Program-made: the position numbers and the translations under genes
The notes under the pieces: model-generated
Told to the model about the DNA's origin: nothing
Databases searched by the model: none
The model's input: only the letters and a program-made list of their open reading frames with translations
Shown here: piece by piece, positions 46,848 through 60,329 of the stretch
How the letters are laid out: the number at the start of each line of letters is the position of its first letter
Numbering within the stretch: the first letter of the stretch is position 1
Assembly (NCBI GenBank): GCA_009103225.1
Contig: RHPI01001037.1
Coordinates: 841,031 to 905,030, forward strand
Origin: Chlorokybus atmophyticus
Lineage: Eukaryota > Plantae > Mesostigma and Chlorokybus algae
Length of the DNA: 64,000 nt
Direction: 5' to 3'

Positions 46848-47514
46848 ATGCAAGATTTAGGTGTCTTTAACAATGGCGACCTGGTGCGTTTGATTGTCAA
46901 ATTTCTGAGTCCGAAGGATGGCGCGCAGGTCCGCTGCATTAACAGGCTGTGGAGGCACGCCCCCGATTACATCGAGGATGAGTACTACCAGCGGAGGTTG
47001 CCGGACTACGCACTGATGAGGGCTCATATGCATCTATGTTACATGAAGATGCATATGGTGCGGATCCGTTCAGCATTTGCTTGCAGATTTTCACGAGCTG
47101 GCCTTTATCATGACCAAGTATAACCTGCTTAAGCCATATGATGACGAGCCATGGGATGTGAAACACGACGGGACATCATTCGATACATCTACGACGGGGA
47201 CCACAATACTATTGCAGCAGAGTTTGAGGCGTTCCCAACTTTGGCCCCAGACTCAAAGCATTGTCATTGACATCTTCGCGGTGCGCCTTGAGGGCGGTGA
47301 GCTGCTGCACGTTCAAACGCAAGGCCAGCAGTGCTTCTTAGAGCACCCGCCTTACATACGAGATCGTGGCAGCAACGCCACGCATCGCTACAAGGCGTAC
47401 ATGAAAATCTGCGCATCCCTGCACATCTTAAGCTCCGCTCGACACGACATTTACGCAGACCGACTGCGTCTTATGCTTAGGCTGGATCACGATCTCTTGA
47501 GAGGTGTTTATTAG
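46848..47514 (+). pseudogene. F-box family copy 1 (frameshift near 47090)
   Basis: MQDLGVFNNGDLVRLIVKFLSPKDGAQVRCINRLWR (F-box-like); the C-terminal half continues in a different frame (47077-47514). Confidence 0.7.
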
Positions 47515-49233
47515 TTGAAGCACGTGTACTGGGACGTACATAACAATGAATGGTGGAGTCTCCAAAGTTCGCTGGTTGAATGGGGACGCGCTTACTAAAG
47601 TTGAGCTGAGTTCTACTTTGCACGACGCGTAGCCACTTGTGTTTTGTGTGCGCACATGTATGAATGTGCGTGCATGCGGGTCTGCATGTTCATATGCTGA
47701 CAAGTGAGTGTGTTCAGGCGCATGGTGTGAATGCGTGCACGCGGGCATAATTGTGCAGGAGCATGTATGCTCGCGTGTGTATGCGTGTGCATGCGTGTCT
47801 GGTTGTCTCACAACATCAGCTGTCTTGTCTAATGCACTTCAACTTCAAGATGTTGGATGGTACTGAGCACTGAGCGCCATGCACATCACCCACAGCCACA
47901 GGCCGCCATCAATAACTATACACAGCATGCGTTGAGGAGCGAGAGACTGAGAAGGCTGTTTGTCCAGCATCGCATTGCAAAAACAACTTTCTCCTGCACA
48001 GTAGCACGCTGCAACTACTTGATCCTGCTGCTGCTAGCACGGACACACTGCTTCTACCTTTGTGACTAGTGCAGCTCTGACTACCGCTCTGCTACTGCTG
48101 AAACAACAAAGCTGCTGCAACACGCCCACACAGAACCACAGTGCAAGCGAACGCACCAAGTGCATTGCATACTCTTACCAAGGCTTAACGAATGCTCCCA
48201 GAGTGGACACACAAAACGACATCTTGTGCAAGTTGTCTCGCTGTCTTGCGCACGTTGTAGCCACGCTTAGCAAATAAAGCAACACTGATCTGTCCCAAGC
48301 ACGCTGCTTACCCGTGTTGCCAATGTTGCCGAGGACTGAGTGGCAGCCAGTGCCTGGATGCCAAAAGCTCTTCCCAAACATGCCAAGTTCACGCACCGCA
48401 TGCCTTGTAGCGCTGCCACACGAGCATGCAACAAAGAAGTAAGCCAGGATCTGCCCTACTGCCAGCACCGCCGCCGCCGCTCATTCTTGCCTCACACCTG
48501 ACACAAAAGCAGGCACTGCCAAGGAAGCTGCAATGGATGAACTGCTGCAGATATGTAGCTGCTTGTATGGCTACTGACAGCGGCGTTGGTGGTGGCGGCA
48601 TTTGTGGCATAGTTGGAGGGCGTCCTGGTCAGGGCGGGCTGCTGGGGTTGCCTACCGTCGATGATGAGCGTGGCGGGCGGCATTTGAGGCTGCGTTTGCT
48701 GGCGCTTAAGCATGCCCAACTGATCAGACCAGTGGACTTGGTGGCCAGTTGGGCATAAACCCTAGCCCACTGCCTCGCAAGCAGCGGTGTAAAGGTGCGG
48801 GCAGAAGACAAGATTGTGCTGTTACTGACACAATGTACTTGAGTTTGTTGCTCGTTCTGCTTGCTACAACTGCCAGCCACCTGTTGTCAAGCAGCACAGC
48901 GCTGAGCATCGCAACAAAGTGACGTTGCTTTTCGTGCATGAAAAACTTAGTCTTTTCACTGTACGCCACTCGTTTTACGCCAGCTGTGTGTGTGCCGTCA
49001 CCTTGGTCGAGTCAGCAACTGTCTACTTGGCTGCATTGCCTCCAAGCTGCACCTGAGCGTATTTCGTCACCTGTGTCAAATCACTGTCTACTTAGCTGCA
49101 TTGCCTGCAACTGCACCGAATTGTTTGTGTTGCAACAGAGCAAGCGTTAAACGTCCGCCTGCAATGGTCCAGTGTTCATTCATTCACGCCTACCTCCCAG
49201 ACACTCTTGACTATGCTCTACTTGCTTCTCAGC

Positions 49234-50040
49234 ATGCAGGAACCAGGTGTGGACGGGCAGCTTGAAATAGTGCAAGCGATTGTGTTTGAGAATGGAGATT
49301 TGCTGCGCTTGATCATCAAGTTCTTATGTCCAAAAGATGGCGCACGTGTTCGGTGCGTCAACAAGCAGTGGAAACAGGCAGCTGACGATGTCGAGGATGA
49401 TTATTACCATCAGCGATGGCCTCTGCACGCCAAGCTGAGATCTCATGTGCAGCTCTGCTACAAGGAGATAGCGCGCGTGAATGAGTGGTCAAAATTAAAC
49501 CTCTCAAGCAATGCTTCAAAGCTTGGATACCTTGCCTTCATCATGCTGCGCTACATGAACCGCAACCTGCTTCTGCCGCACGAGTCGCAGCTGTTCGAAC
49601 TTCTTGAAGTAGACTGCAACGGCAATGTCATTCAGCACTATGGAATCGATGGAGACTGCTCTTTTGGTCCAGCAACGCAGGAGACTCTGCACTCTATGGG
49701 TGGTGTCCTAGGTGACCAAATCACGCTGGACATCTTTGTAGTCAGGGCTTCTGATGGGGAGCTGCTGCACATTCCGGCCACGCGGTGCTTCGTTCAACAC
49801 CCGTGCGACATGTTTGCGGACGGCAAAGGCATGTTGCGCTATGAGGTGTGCATCCCCACAACCAGGCTGGAGAACAGCTACCTTCTTGCAGGAGGTCTTC
49901 GCCTGACCTTTGAGAAAGTCCAAAGGCCGGAAGACCCGAATGCAGCCGACTTAGTCTTGAAGCGTGCACATTGGCACATTTGGACTGCTTACATGGAGCA
50001 GTTGAAGGGCCATCTGGTGGAATGCAGACGCGCTTGTTAA
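49234..50040 (+). CDS. F-box family copy 2, open 268-aa frame; candidate upstream exon 48567-48754
   Basis: VFENGDLLRLIIKFLCPKDGARVRCVNKQWKQ matches the F-box consensus (D/E-LL..I..FL...D....R.V.K.W); unknown C-terminal domain. ATG directly follows a CAG|C acceptor. Confidence 0.7.
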   Translation: MQEPGVDGQLEIVQAIVFENGDLLRLIIKFLCPKDGARVRCVNKQWKQAADDVEDDYYHQRWPLHAKLRSHVQLCYKEIARVNEWSKLNLSSNASKLGYLAFIMLRYMNRNLLLPHESQLFELLEVDCNGNVIQHYGIDGDCSFGPATQETLHSMGGVLGDQITLDIFVVRASDGELLHIPATRCFVQHPCDMFADGKGMLRYEVCIPTTRLENSYLLAGGLRLTFEKVQRPEDPNAADLVLKRAHWHIWTAYMEQLKGHLVECRRAC

Positions 50041-52103
50041 TTAGGAGTCGTCATATCATGTTGATGATCAGGGTGGAGGTCATTATAGTGTATTGTGGCA
50101 TGACACACCCGTGATACACGAGTAACACAGGCTGACGTGTGTGCACTTGCAGTGTTGACCGCGCCTGGGTACCGAGAACTGTTGTTCGGCCAGCCTTTGT
50201 CCACTACACCGCATGCGCAGCTGGTGTTGGTGAGAGTGTATGTGTGGTAGTGCAGAGCATAGATAAAATCAGCGGTACTGCTAGTGCGGTTATGTTGCGG
50301 TGTATGCGTGTGCGCTCGTGCATGTGTGTAAGCTCGAGTGCTTGCGTGCGTGTCTGTGATTGCGCGTGTGCGCGTGTGCACCTGTGTGAGAGCGTGCGCA
50401 AGTGCGTGGTCCATTAGCGTAACCAGACCAACCTCAAAGGAAAGATAATGACTCAACAGGCGGGCACATCTGTGTGTACTTGCAGTACATGGATGCGTAC
50501 TTGGATGCATTTTTCTGACCAAATCTACAAACAGGGCCGTCCATGTGCATATCTCTGGACAGGAACATTGGCTTTTCTGACAACAACCCCGTATTGAAGG
50601 GTAAAAGTGGCCACACTATCGCCATTCCAGTGGTGCCATCATGTGATGTGTGTGCGCTTGTGCGCGTGCATGTATGCATCTTCCTACCACGCAGTACGCT
50701 CAATGCACCGTTGGTACGCTCGTCAAGGAAGCACGTGTGCAGCAGTGAGCAGTGGTGTGTACACCACTTACTCATTGCTGACTTGCTATTAACGAGTTGC
50801 GGTAGCAGTCATCATCGATGTGCCAGAAGCGGCGCCCAAAGCTATCCAAAACTTGCCCCATCCCGCCATCACCACTCAAGCCTGCTTCAAGTAGTACCGC
50901 AATGCAAACCACAGCCAAGCAAGCTTTCCTGCTATTGCTTAGCAGCACAGCTCAGCTGTTCCCAGTGGCTGCTGCGTAAGTGTGCGCTTGGCTTCATCGC
51001 TTACTGTTGATGTTGTTCTTGTCTGTGGCTTACAGCGTTGTAGGGTGCCAGTGATTGACAGGCTCAGCAGCCTCTTGCGCTGAAGAGGCTGGACCATCAT
51101 GCACTGCAGCCATCGCAGCTGTAGCAACTGAAGCAGCAACAGCTGCAGGAATGAACCAGCAGGCGTCCATACCCGCTTCCTCTACGACTAGGTGGCTAGG
51201 AGGACATGTAGTTGTTATGCAAGCATCAAATAGGACCGCAGCACGTGTGGGCCTTGCACGCAGTCTTCTTTACCCCAATAAAGCACCATTCGCAGTACCT
51301 TATCTCGACTGTGCTCTGCCCATGTAACGGAGAGAGAGTTCAACTACGACATGAGTGAAAGCGAACGGTACGCCGCCAAACTTCGCCGCACACAGCATTG
51401 CTAGCCGTTTCGCTTTCTCAGGTCTTTTGGGTGCAACGGCTAGCAGCAGGAGAGATACACGCAGTTGTGTGTATGTGCTTGCATGCGCGTGCGCGTGTAC
51501 GTATAGGGGTTAGAGAGAAAGCCCTCGCTTACAAGGCGATTGTGTTTAACACAATCGTCTTGTGAGTGTGACAGGATACAGGGCATTGTTCAATGATATG
51601 CACTCGGGCCGCCCCTGCGCTCGGGTCAGTCATAGAATATGCACCTGAATCAACAGCCAAGCACACGGACTGTGAGTACACACAGGTATGGCGGCTTATC
51701 GAGTAATTATAATGAGGCTGGTCTACAGCCTGATGTAGGTAAATGACAATAATGCCAGCTTGATATTCAGCCACAAGTTGGTGGAGTACAACGGTTATGT
51801 ATACCCTAGTGGCCTGCGCGCACATGAACATGCACGCACGTACATGCGCATGCAGGTACATGCATAGGCACACATATACGCTCTTCCACACATGTGCACA
51901 GGCACTTCATGGACACACCCTCAAGCACACGCACTTACATGCGCATGAGCACACGCGCATGCATCGTATCAGAACAGTTTGAGCAGCATTGCACGCAGGT
52001 GTGCGCGCGCATGCATGCGCACACACGTGCGAGCAAGCGCACTCTATGAGCAAACACTAGCTGTGGTGTTGTGACAAACGATGAGCAGATACCAGCTCCA
52101 TAC

Positions 52104-52236
52104 TGCCCGGTGGACACTGCAAGTGCATACATCTCAGCCTCGTGCTCGTGTATATATATCTGTATACATAAATATATATATTGCCCGGTGGACACTGCAA
52201 GTGCATACTCTCAGCCTCGTGCTCGTGTATATATAT
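52104..52236. repeat. ~79-bp tandem repeat with (TA)n running into an N gap
   Basis: GCCCGGTGGACACTGCAAGTGCATAC...CTCGTGTATATATAT occurs twice before the gap. Confidence 0.8.
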
Positions 52237-52628
52237 NNNNNNNNNNNNNNNNNNNNNNNNNNNNNNNNNNNNNNNNNNNNNNNNNNNNNNNNNNNNNNNN
52301 NNNNNNNNNNNNNNNNNNNNNNNNNNNNNNNNNNNNNNNNNNNNNNNNNNNNNNNNNNNNNNNNNNNNNNNNNNNNNNNNNNNNNNNNNNNNNNNNNNNN
52401 NNNNNNNNNNNNNNNNNNNNNNNNNNNNNNNNNNNNNNNNNNNNNNNNNNNNNNNNNNNNNNNNNNNNNNNNNNNNNNNNNNNNNNNNNNNNNNNNNNNN
52501 NNNNNNNNNNNNNNNNNNNNNNTATATATATATATATATATATTCATGGCTTGTGTCACGGTTGTGTCGTACTGCAATACAACGTGGTGACCTTCACTCT
52601 ACTGAACATCGACGCACAATGATGACTC

Positions 52629-53400
52629 CTAGTCAATAGCGCGTCTACACTCTACCGAATGGCGCCAATCTGTTTCATGCTTAAGCATGCCAGCAACGGC
52701 TGCATGCAGGTCATCCAACCTTGGTACTGTCGCAAACATCAAGGCAAGGCCTCCTGCAGGGGGGTAGCTGCTCTCCACGCTTGTGAGGAATGCATACCTT
52801 ACAGCTTGGCACGCCTCTGCCGTCCGCAAATATCGTCGCACGAAAGTTGGATGAAGCACCTCGTGTCCGGAATGTTCAGGTCTCCATCAGAAACCCTCAC
52901 GACAAAAACTGAAGCGTTATTTGGTCAGCTATGACACCAGCTACGGCCTCCGGGGTTCCGTCTGTGTGTGCTGAGTAATCCATAACAACAGCTCCACCAA
53001 TGCCATATCGCTGTCCGACATCGCCGTTGTACTCTGTAGTGAACGCTTGCGGCAGAAGCAGTTGGGGATGGTTGTAGCGCACCTTGATACAGACCACAAC
53101 AGCTCCCGAGCTTTGCGCGTAGGGGTTTGACTCTGACCGCGCTCTCAAACGTCGTTCTTGTACTTTCTCCGTTTAACGGAGCTGCGTGCGAGCCTTCTCT
53201 TCTTCGTGTTGTGGCCACCTTTGCTGGAAATACTCGTCCTCGACATCAATGACGGCCTGTTTCCACTGCTTGTTGGCGCACGTAGCGCATGCATTCTCTT
53301 TCGCATCACAGCACTTGATGATCAAGCGCAGCAGGTCACTATTCTTCAACACAATTGCTTGCGCTGTTTCGGACAGCGCTTCCAAACTTGAGTCCTGCAC
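52629..53400 (-). pseudogene. F-box family copy 3 (start mutated to GTG, stops and frameshifts)
   Basis: IVLKNSDLLRLIIKCCDAKENACATCANKQWKQ, then ADQITLQF, VVRVSDGDLNIPDTRCF in shifted frames. Confidence 0.7.
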
Positions 53401-55066
53401 ACTGAGAAGCAAGCACAGCTTGATTATAAGATGCCTGGGACATAGGAGATCAAATGAACACTACACAAATGCAGGAGGACGTGTTACACTTGTTCTGTTG
53501 CAACTGAAACACTCATATGCAGTGGAAGGCAATGCAGCCAAGTAGCCACTCGCTGACTCAACAAAGGCGACTGCACACGCACACAGCTTGCGTTACACAA
53601 GTGGCATTTAGTGGTATGAACCATGCCTTCAGAGGATGTACACAAATAGTTATGTCAACTCGTTGGAATCCTGTTAACGCTGTGCTGCTTGACAACTTGT
53701 CGCTCATGCCGTCCGTCAACTCTAGCAGCAAGCAATGGCAACAAAGTAAGCGCTATCTTGGTGCCAATTTCAGCACGTTCTCGTCTTCCCACACATTGAC
53801 ACCATAACTTGCCCTCCAGGCTGGGAGGCCTTACGCCGAAATGCCCACCAAGTCCACTGGACTGATTGGTCACCAAGTTTGCTGCTGGTGCTCAGGCAAC
53901 GATTGCCTGAGCACCAGCGGCAAACAGCAGCCGTCATCACGCCGCCCCCCAGACCTACCAGCAAAGTAGTAGTCGGTGCAGACAACCCCATCGTCCTGAC
54001 AACAAGGACGCCTTCCAACTATGCCACCTACAGCGCCGCCGCCGCCGCCGCCACTGTCAGCAGCCATGCAGAAATTGTTAGCCACCAAACTGCAGCAGCT
54101 TGCTTGCCAGTGCGTGCCTTTGTTGGATGTGAGGCGGCGGCGGCGCCGGCAGCAGCAGGGGCAGGTGAGCATCCTTCTGCTGCTGTATGCTTCTGCGTGG
54201 ACTTGGCATGTTTGGAATGAGCGTGTGGCATCCAGGCATTGGCTGCCACAAGTCCTTGGCAACTGTCGGCAATCTGCAAGCCGCTTGCTTGGCTCAGATC
54301 AGTGGTGCTTCACTTGCTACGCGTGTGGCTAACATCATGCGCAAGACAATTGCTAAGCACAAGGTGTTGATGGGCGTGTCCACTCTACGAGCATTTATCC
54401 AGTCACTGAGTTTGCATGTGCAACGCACTTGATGCTTGTACGCTGTGCTAGCACAGCACCGTGCTGTGGTGCTGTGTCAGCGTGTTGCAGCAGCTTTGTG
54501 TTGTAGCAGTAGCAGAGCGGTAGTAGCTTGTAAAAGAAGCTGCAGTCGCAGCTGCACTAGTTTGCAATAGATAGAAGCAGTGTGGCCGCACTAGCAGGGC
54601 CAACAGTCGTAGCACAGTTCCAGTGTGCAGGAGAACTGCTGTTGATATATTGCATTGCGATGCTCGGCAAACAGCAACTTGAGTCTCTTGATCCTTGAAG
54701 CATGGTTTGCAACATGCTCAGGACAGCACTCAGCTGTTGTTTATTGATGGCGGCCTGTGGGCTGTAGGTGATGTGCATGCCGCTCAAGACAGCTGAATGT
54801 GAAACCGCAAGACATGCATACGCACGCACACGTGATACATGCTCATGCACACACATGCTCGCTTGAATGAATTGACACCATGCGCCTGTACACACTCTTG
54901 TGCGCATTGCTCTATGGCTTAGAGACATGCAGATACGCACTGCGCGTGCATGGCATGCACACGCCACAGTGGCTACACGTTGTGAAGTTCTGTAGAGTAC
55001 CACTTAGCTCATATTCAATAAGTGCGTCTGCATACAAGCGAACTTCAGAAAATCCACCAGTCATTG

Positions 55067-55873
55067 TTATGTAGGTGCCAGTAGGCGTGCTTCAACGCAG
55101 ACACCCATCTGTCGGTCTTCGTTTGGCCTGAGCACAAGCTGCAGCCAGTCCGTGTAGATTTCGTGTATAGCGGAAGTTGAGATATGAATTTGCAGCGATG
55201 TGCAGATTCTGATGTACGCCTTGTAGCGGTACGGCGTGGCGTCGCTGCCTTCATCTATCATGAAAAGCGGGTGCTTCTTTGAAAGAAGCACTGCTGGCCT
55301 TGCGTTTGAGCGTGAAGCACCCGCTTTGAAAGAAGCACTGCTGGCCTTGCGTTTGAGCGTGAAGCAGCTTACCGTCCTCAACACGCACCGCAAAGATGTT
55401 GATGATGATCAATGCTTTGGGTCAGAGACTCGGCTAAAGTCCTGAGCGTTCCTCATGTGTTGCTGCAATGGTGTTGTTGTCCCTGTTGTTGATGTAGCGA
55501 TGAATGAAGTCCCCGGTGCGCTCCACGTCCCATGGCTCGTCATCATGTGGCTTAAGCAGGTTGACACCATTATACTTGATCATGATGAAGGCCAACTGAT
55601 GAATGTCTGCATGCGGACACCGTGCACGGATCCGCACCATCTTCGCATAACATAGATGTGCATGAGCCCTCAGCATTGCGTGGTCTGGCCACCTTGCTGG
55701 TAGTACTCATCCTCGACGACATCGGCGGCGTGCCTCCACAGCTCTTTGACGTAGCGGACCCGCGTACCATCCTTTGAACTTAGAAAATTGACAATCAAAC
55801 GCACCAGGTCGCCATTCTCAAAGACAGACGCTTGCACTGTTTCAAATCGTCCCTCCGCACCTGAGTTCTGCAT
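55067..55873 (-). pseudogene. F-box family copy 4 (frameshifts, internal short tandem duplication near 55280-55365)
   Basis: VFENGDLVRLIVNFLSSKDGTRVRYVKELWRH, AFIMIKYNGVNLLKPHDDEPWDVE, YRYKAYIRIC in three frames. Confidence 0.7.
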
Positions 55874-57788
55874 GCTGAGAAGCAAGCGAAGCCTAATCAA
55901 ATGTCTGGGCATAGATAACACAATAGTAGTGAACACTACAGCAGACGTTTCATAGTTGTTGTTGTGGCACTTGAGGTGCAGCATGGAGGCAATCTCAGCT
56001 GAGTAGACTTGTGTTGACTTGACACTAAGGTGACGAAACAATCATAGATTTTGCGTGACATGAAGCATGCCTTGCACAGTGCATGCATAAATACAGCGTT
56101 GTCACGTTAGTTGTAGCAGACAGCAAGGGCAACAAAGTTCAATGTCATCATTGCACTGCTGGACAGCACGTTCCTCGTTTACCTTCCCGCACCTTAACAC
56201 CGCAGCTTGCCTGGCACTGGGCCGAGAGGGCTTACGCCCAGATGGCCACCAAGTCCAATGGTCTGACCAGTCGCGAATGCCTGAGCACCAGCAAACAGCA
56301 GCAGCCATAACGCCGCCCTTCAGACCAACCAGCGAAGGTAGACAACCCCAGCCCTGACAAGAACGCCTGCACCACCTATGCCACCGACAGCGCCGCCGAC
56401 ACTGTCAGAAGCCATGCATGCAGCCTGCGTGAGAAAAGACAGCACCAGCTTGCAGGCTAGTGCCTGCCTTTGTTAGGTGTGAAACACTGGCGTGGGCGGC
56501 GGCGGTGCTGGCAGCAGTAGGGCAGGTAGGCTTACTGCATGCTCGCGTGACAGCGCAGCGAGGGGGCGGGCGGTGCGTGCACTTGACATGTGTGGCAGCC
56601 AGGCATAAGCTGCCCACAGGTCCTTGCTTGGCAACTGGTACGCAGCTTGCTTGGCTCACGTCGGTGTTGCTCTATATGCTGCGCTTGGCTAATGCATGGC
56701 GCGTAAGCCAAGTCGCTATGCTAAGACACAAGGTGTCGTCATGCCTGTCACCACTCTGCGGGCATTCGTCCTGCATGCAACGCACTTGCTGCGTATACCC
56801 AGTGCCGCTAGCACTGTGGTTCTGTATAGGTGTGTGGCAGCAGCATTGTGTCGTTTTGGGTCGCAGAGCGGTAGCAGCTTGTAGTAAAAGCTGCAGTAGG
56901 TTCAACGGTAGAATCACTGTGCTAGTAGTAGCAGCAGCAGGGCCACCCGGTTGCTTCTAGTACCGCCACACTGCTACAAATGTTGGTGGCCAACAGTTCC
57001 AGTTGGTAGGCTGACGCTGTCGTTGTTACAAGGTGCTTGAAAAACAATAATCAGGTCTCAAGTTTTTTGCACCCTGGTTTGCAACATGCTTAGGACAGTA
57101 CTCACAACAATTGTTGTACATTAATGTCGGCCTGTGGCTGTGGGATGTGCATCGCGCTCTATGCTCAGCACTACCCAACATCTTCAGGTTGGAAGCAATA
57201 CAGGAAAACCACAGCTGATTGTGAGAACGTGAGCACACGCATATGCATGCGCGCACACACACGTGCCCACAACTGCGCATCCACACACATGCCCACATGA
57301 TGCATCTACACCCACGCACTCGTACACACGCTGATGCGCGCACACAAACGCGCAGACATGCGCACACAGTTACACACAAGCGCACACAGAATATCACTCG
57401 CCGCACCTTGCAACTTTACATAGAGCATAGGTCTAGCTGATATTTAGCACGCACGTTTGCTATCAACCCATAAACTCAACACACCATGCGTCATTGGTAT
57501 GTAGGTACCAGTGCGCGTGTCTCTACATAGACAACCACATTTGGGTTGTCATCCTGAGCACAAGGTCAACCTCTCCTGCGAAGTTATAGCGGCGTGCGGA
57601 GCTGAGAAACTGATCAGTTATGAGTTTGTATGCCACGTGGTATGTACATGCAACAGCACCTAGCAAGGCGATGTTGTGTATAATCCTTCTGAACGGGACA
57701 TATTATGTCATAGACAACTTCTATCCCCGTCGATTAGAAAGCTTGCACTCAATGAAACAACTTTGTGCAGCGCCGCTTTCAATACCTG

Positions 57789-58508
57789 CTAATGCAAGTA
57801 CGCTTCCTTTAAGACAAAATCTACCGCGTTTAATCCCTGAAGCCTCCGCACTTTCTTGAACACAAGGTCCAGCAAAAGCTCTCCACAGTGATAGCCGCGC
57901 GAGGAGGGTAGGGTGGTGTTGCCCACATGATAGCGAAGCGTACTCAAGCCCTCCTTAGAATACAACATGTACGCGAAGAAGTGCACAGGGGCCGCATAGG
58001 CATGCAGCAACTCTCCGTCCGTAGCTCGCAATACAAAGATGTTAACTATGATGCGCTCAGCGGCAGAATGGGCTAAACTTGTCAGCGCCTCGACTGTCGC
58101 TGTCGTAACGAGGTGGTCCCCGTCATTGACGTATTGCCATATGAAGTCCTCATTGGACTCCATGTCACATATCCCAGCCTTGTATGGCGTGAGCAGGTTG
58201 TGACCATCGTACTCTGCCATGATGAAGGCCATTCGCTGGAACTTGAAACGTGAATACTGCGAAGACATGTATGCCACTGCCTTGTGACACAAACACACAT
58301 GCGCCCTTAGTGCTGTTTGGTTCGGCCACCCACTCCGCTGGTAGCATTTGTCTTCCACAGCAGCAGCGGCGTGCCTCCACAGCTTATTGATGCAGCGGAC
58401 CCGTGCGCCGTCTTTTGGACATAGGAACGTGATAATCAAATGCACCAGATCGCTGTTGTCCCCAACTTGTGCTGCATTGGCCTGCCCGTCCGCGCGTGGC
58501 GTCCCCAT
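57789..58508 (-). CDS. F-box family copy 5, open 239-aa frame
   Basis: VGDNSDLVHLIITFLCPKDGARVRCINKLWRH ... AFIMAEYDGHNLLTPY ... IIVNIFVLRATDGELLH; slightly shorter at the C-terminus than copy 2. Confidence 0.65.
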   Translation of the reverse strand: MGTPRADGQANAAQVGDNSDLVHLIITFLCPKDGARVRCINKLWRHAAAAVEDKCYQRSGWPNQTALRAHVCLCHKAVAYMSSQYSRFKFQRMAFIMAEYDGHNLLTPYKAGICDMESNEDFIWQYVNDGDHLVTTATVEALTSLAHSAAERIIVNIFVLRATDGELLHAYAAPVHFFAYMLYSKEGLSTLRYHVGNTTLPSSRGYHCGELLLDLVFKKVRRLQGLNAVDFVLKEAYLH

Positions 58509-60329
58509 GCTGCAAAGCAAACAGAGCTTGCCCAATATTCAACGTGATTGCACAGGAACAAACAATCTGTCGGTCTTACCAAGCACAAAAACGTGCGCGC
58601 GCAGACGGTAGCTGGGTATGCAAGACAACTACACTTGCACACACGCATGCGCACGCACGCACACGCACGTGCGTGCATACACCTGCACACAGACTGTTTG
58701 GGACTCCCTTCCGCACTTGCGTCCTGCGTGCGAAGAAGCAAGCAGAACACACTTCAATGTCCGGGACTGAGGGAACGGAACAGTGTACAGTAGTCGAGTG
58801 CAGGCAGACGTTGTACACTTGTTCTGTTGAAATTGCAACACTCAGGTGCAGCTTGCAGGCAAATGGAGCTGCAACCGACAGTGGCTGCCAGAGGTGTTCA
58901 AAGACGCACACGATGTATACGAAGTGCAAGCAGAAGCATGCATAACAAAGCGCATACACGATCAACAATGTCATTTCAATGCTGCTGTTGGCATGGTGTT
59001 TCTTGACAGCCAATCACTCACAGTGACATGTCTAGCATGCGTTCAGTGCAATGAGTCGTAAGGAGCACATGCATGTTTCTGCTTGCACGCACCTTTGCAC
59101 TGCGCAGTGATCTGCTTGATCAGCAGGACCCAGCTTCAAGTGACAGTAGTAGGGTTTACGCCCAACTGGGAGCCAGGTGCTCTGGTCCGCTCAATCGGGG
59201 GAGGGTAAGGGCAACAAGCAAACCTGAATTTGACTGACGCCGCAGCCATCAGCCAAGGTGGACAACCCCAGCTACCCGCCCTGACCAGGACGCCTTCCAC
59301 CTATGCCACCGACGCCGCCGCTGCCGCCGCCGCTGCCAGTAGCCATGCAGACAGCGCCAGAAACTGTAGCAGCTTGCCAGTGTCTCTGCTTTGTTAGGTG
59401 TAAGGCAGGCATGAGCGGCGGCGGCGGCGGTGCTGGCAGCAGGGCAGGTAGGCTTACTTTTGCTGCATGTATCCAATAAGCTGCATGCTGGTTAGACAGC
59501 GTAGCCAAGCAGGCCCTGCCTGGAGATGGCATGCTTGGGAAGGGGTGTGTGGCAGCCAAGCAGAATCTGCCACAGGTCCTTGCTTGGCAAAGCTGGCAAG
59601 TGGTAGGCCGCGTGCTTAGCTCAGATCGCTTTTCCTGTACTAACTGCGTGTGACTGATGCTCAAAGCATAAGCCAAGTCAATGCTTCAGAGTGTCATCTC
59701 ATGGTTCCGCAGCATTCCTCTGTGATGTATTTATGAACTTGCACGTTGTGCCCTCACACTGCTACTAGACAGCACTGCAGTTTGGTATGCACGGGCTGCA
59801 ACAGACTAGTGTGGTACCAGCATACAGCAAAAGTAGCAGCGGTTGCAACAGCTGTAGTCACAGCAGTAGCAGCTGCAGTGGGCATAATGTTTGAAGCAGG
59901 CCGGCCATACTTGCAGCAGGGACAACAGCGGTAGCAGTGTTCCGATTTGCAGTGCAATGTGCAGTGAAACGCTGTCTGTGTTCAACACAGACACATTGCA
60001 GTGCAATATGCTTGGCTATTTATGTCTCGCGTTACTGAATACATGTTTGGAACATGCTCAGGTTGCCACTGAAAACAGTTGTGCAATGTGGTGGCTGTAC
60101 GTGATGTGCATGGCGCTCAGCGCTCGATACCACCCACATTTTGGTGCTGGAACTATTGCAGCAGAAGACCGTTGTGTTGAAAAACGAGAGACGAGACACG
60201 CATGCACAGACGTGAGCACACATGCCCACATACGCATCCACACATGCGCCCGCACAAGCTCGCTTGTCGTCGCGCATAGACGTGCAGACACGCATGCACG
60301 CAGAAATGTACACGGGTGCGCACACCACA

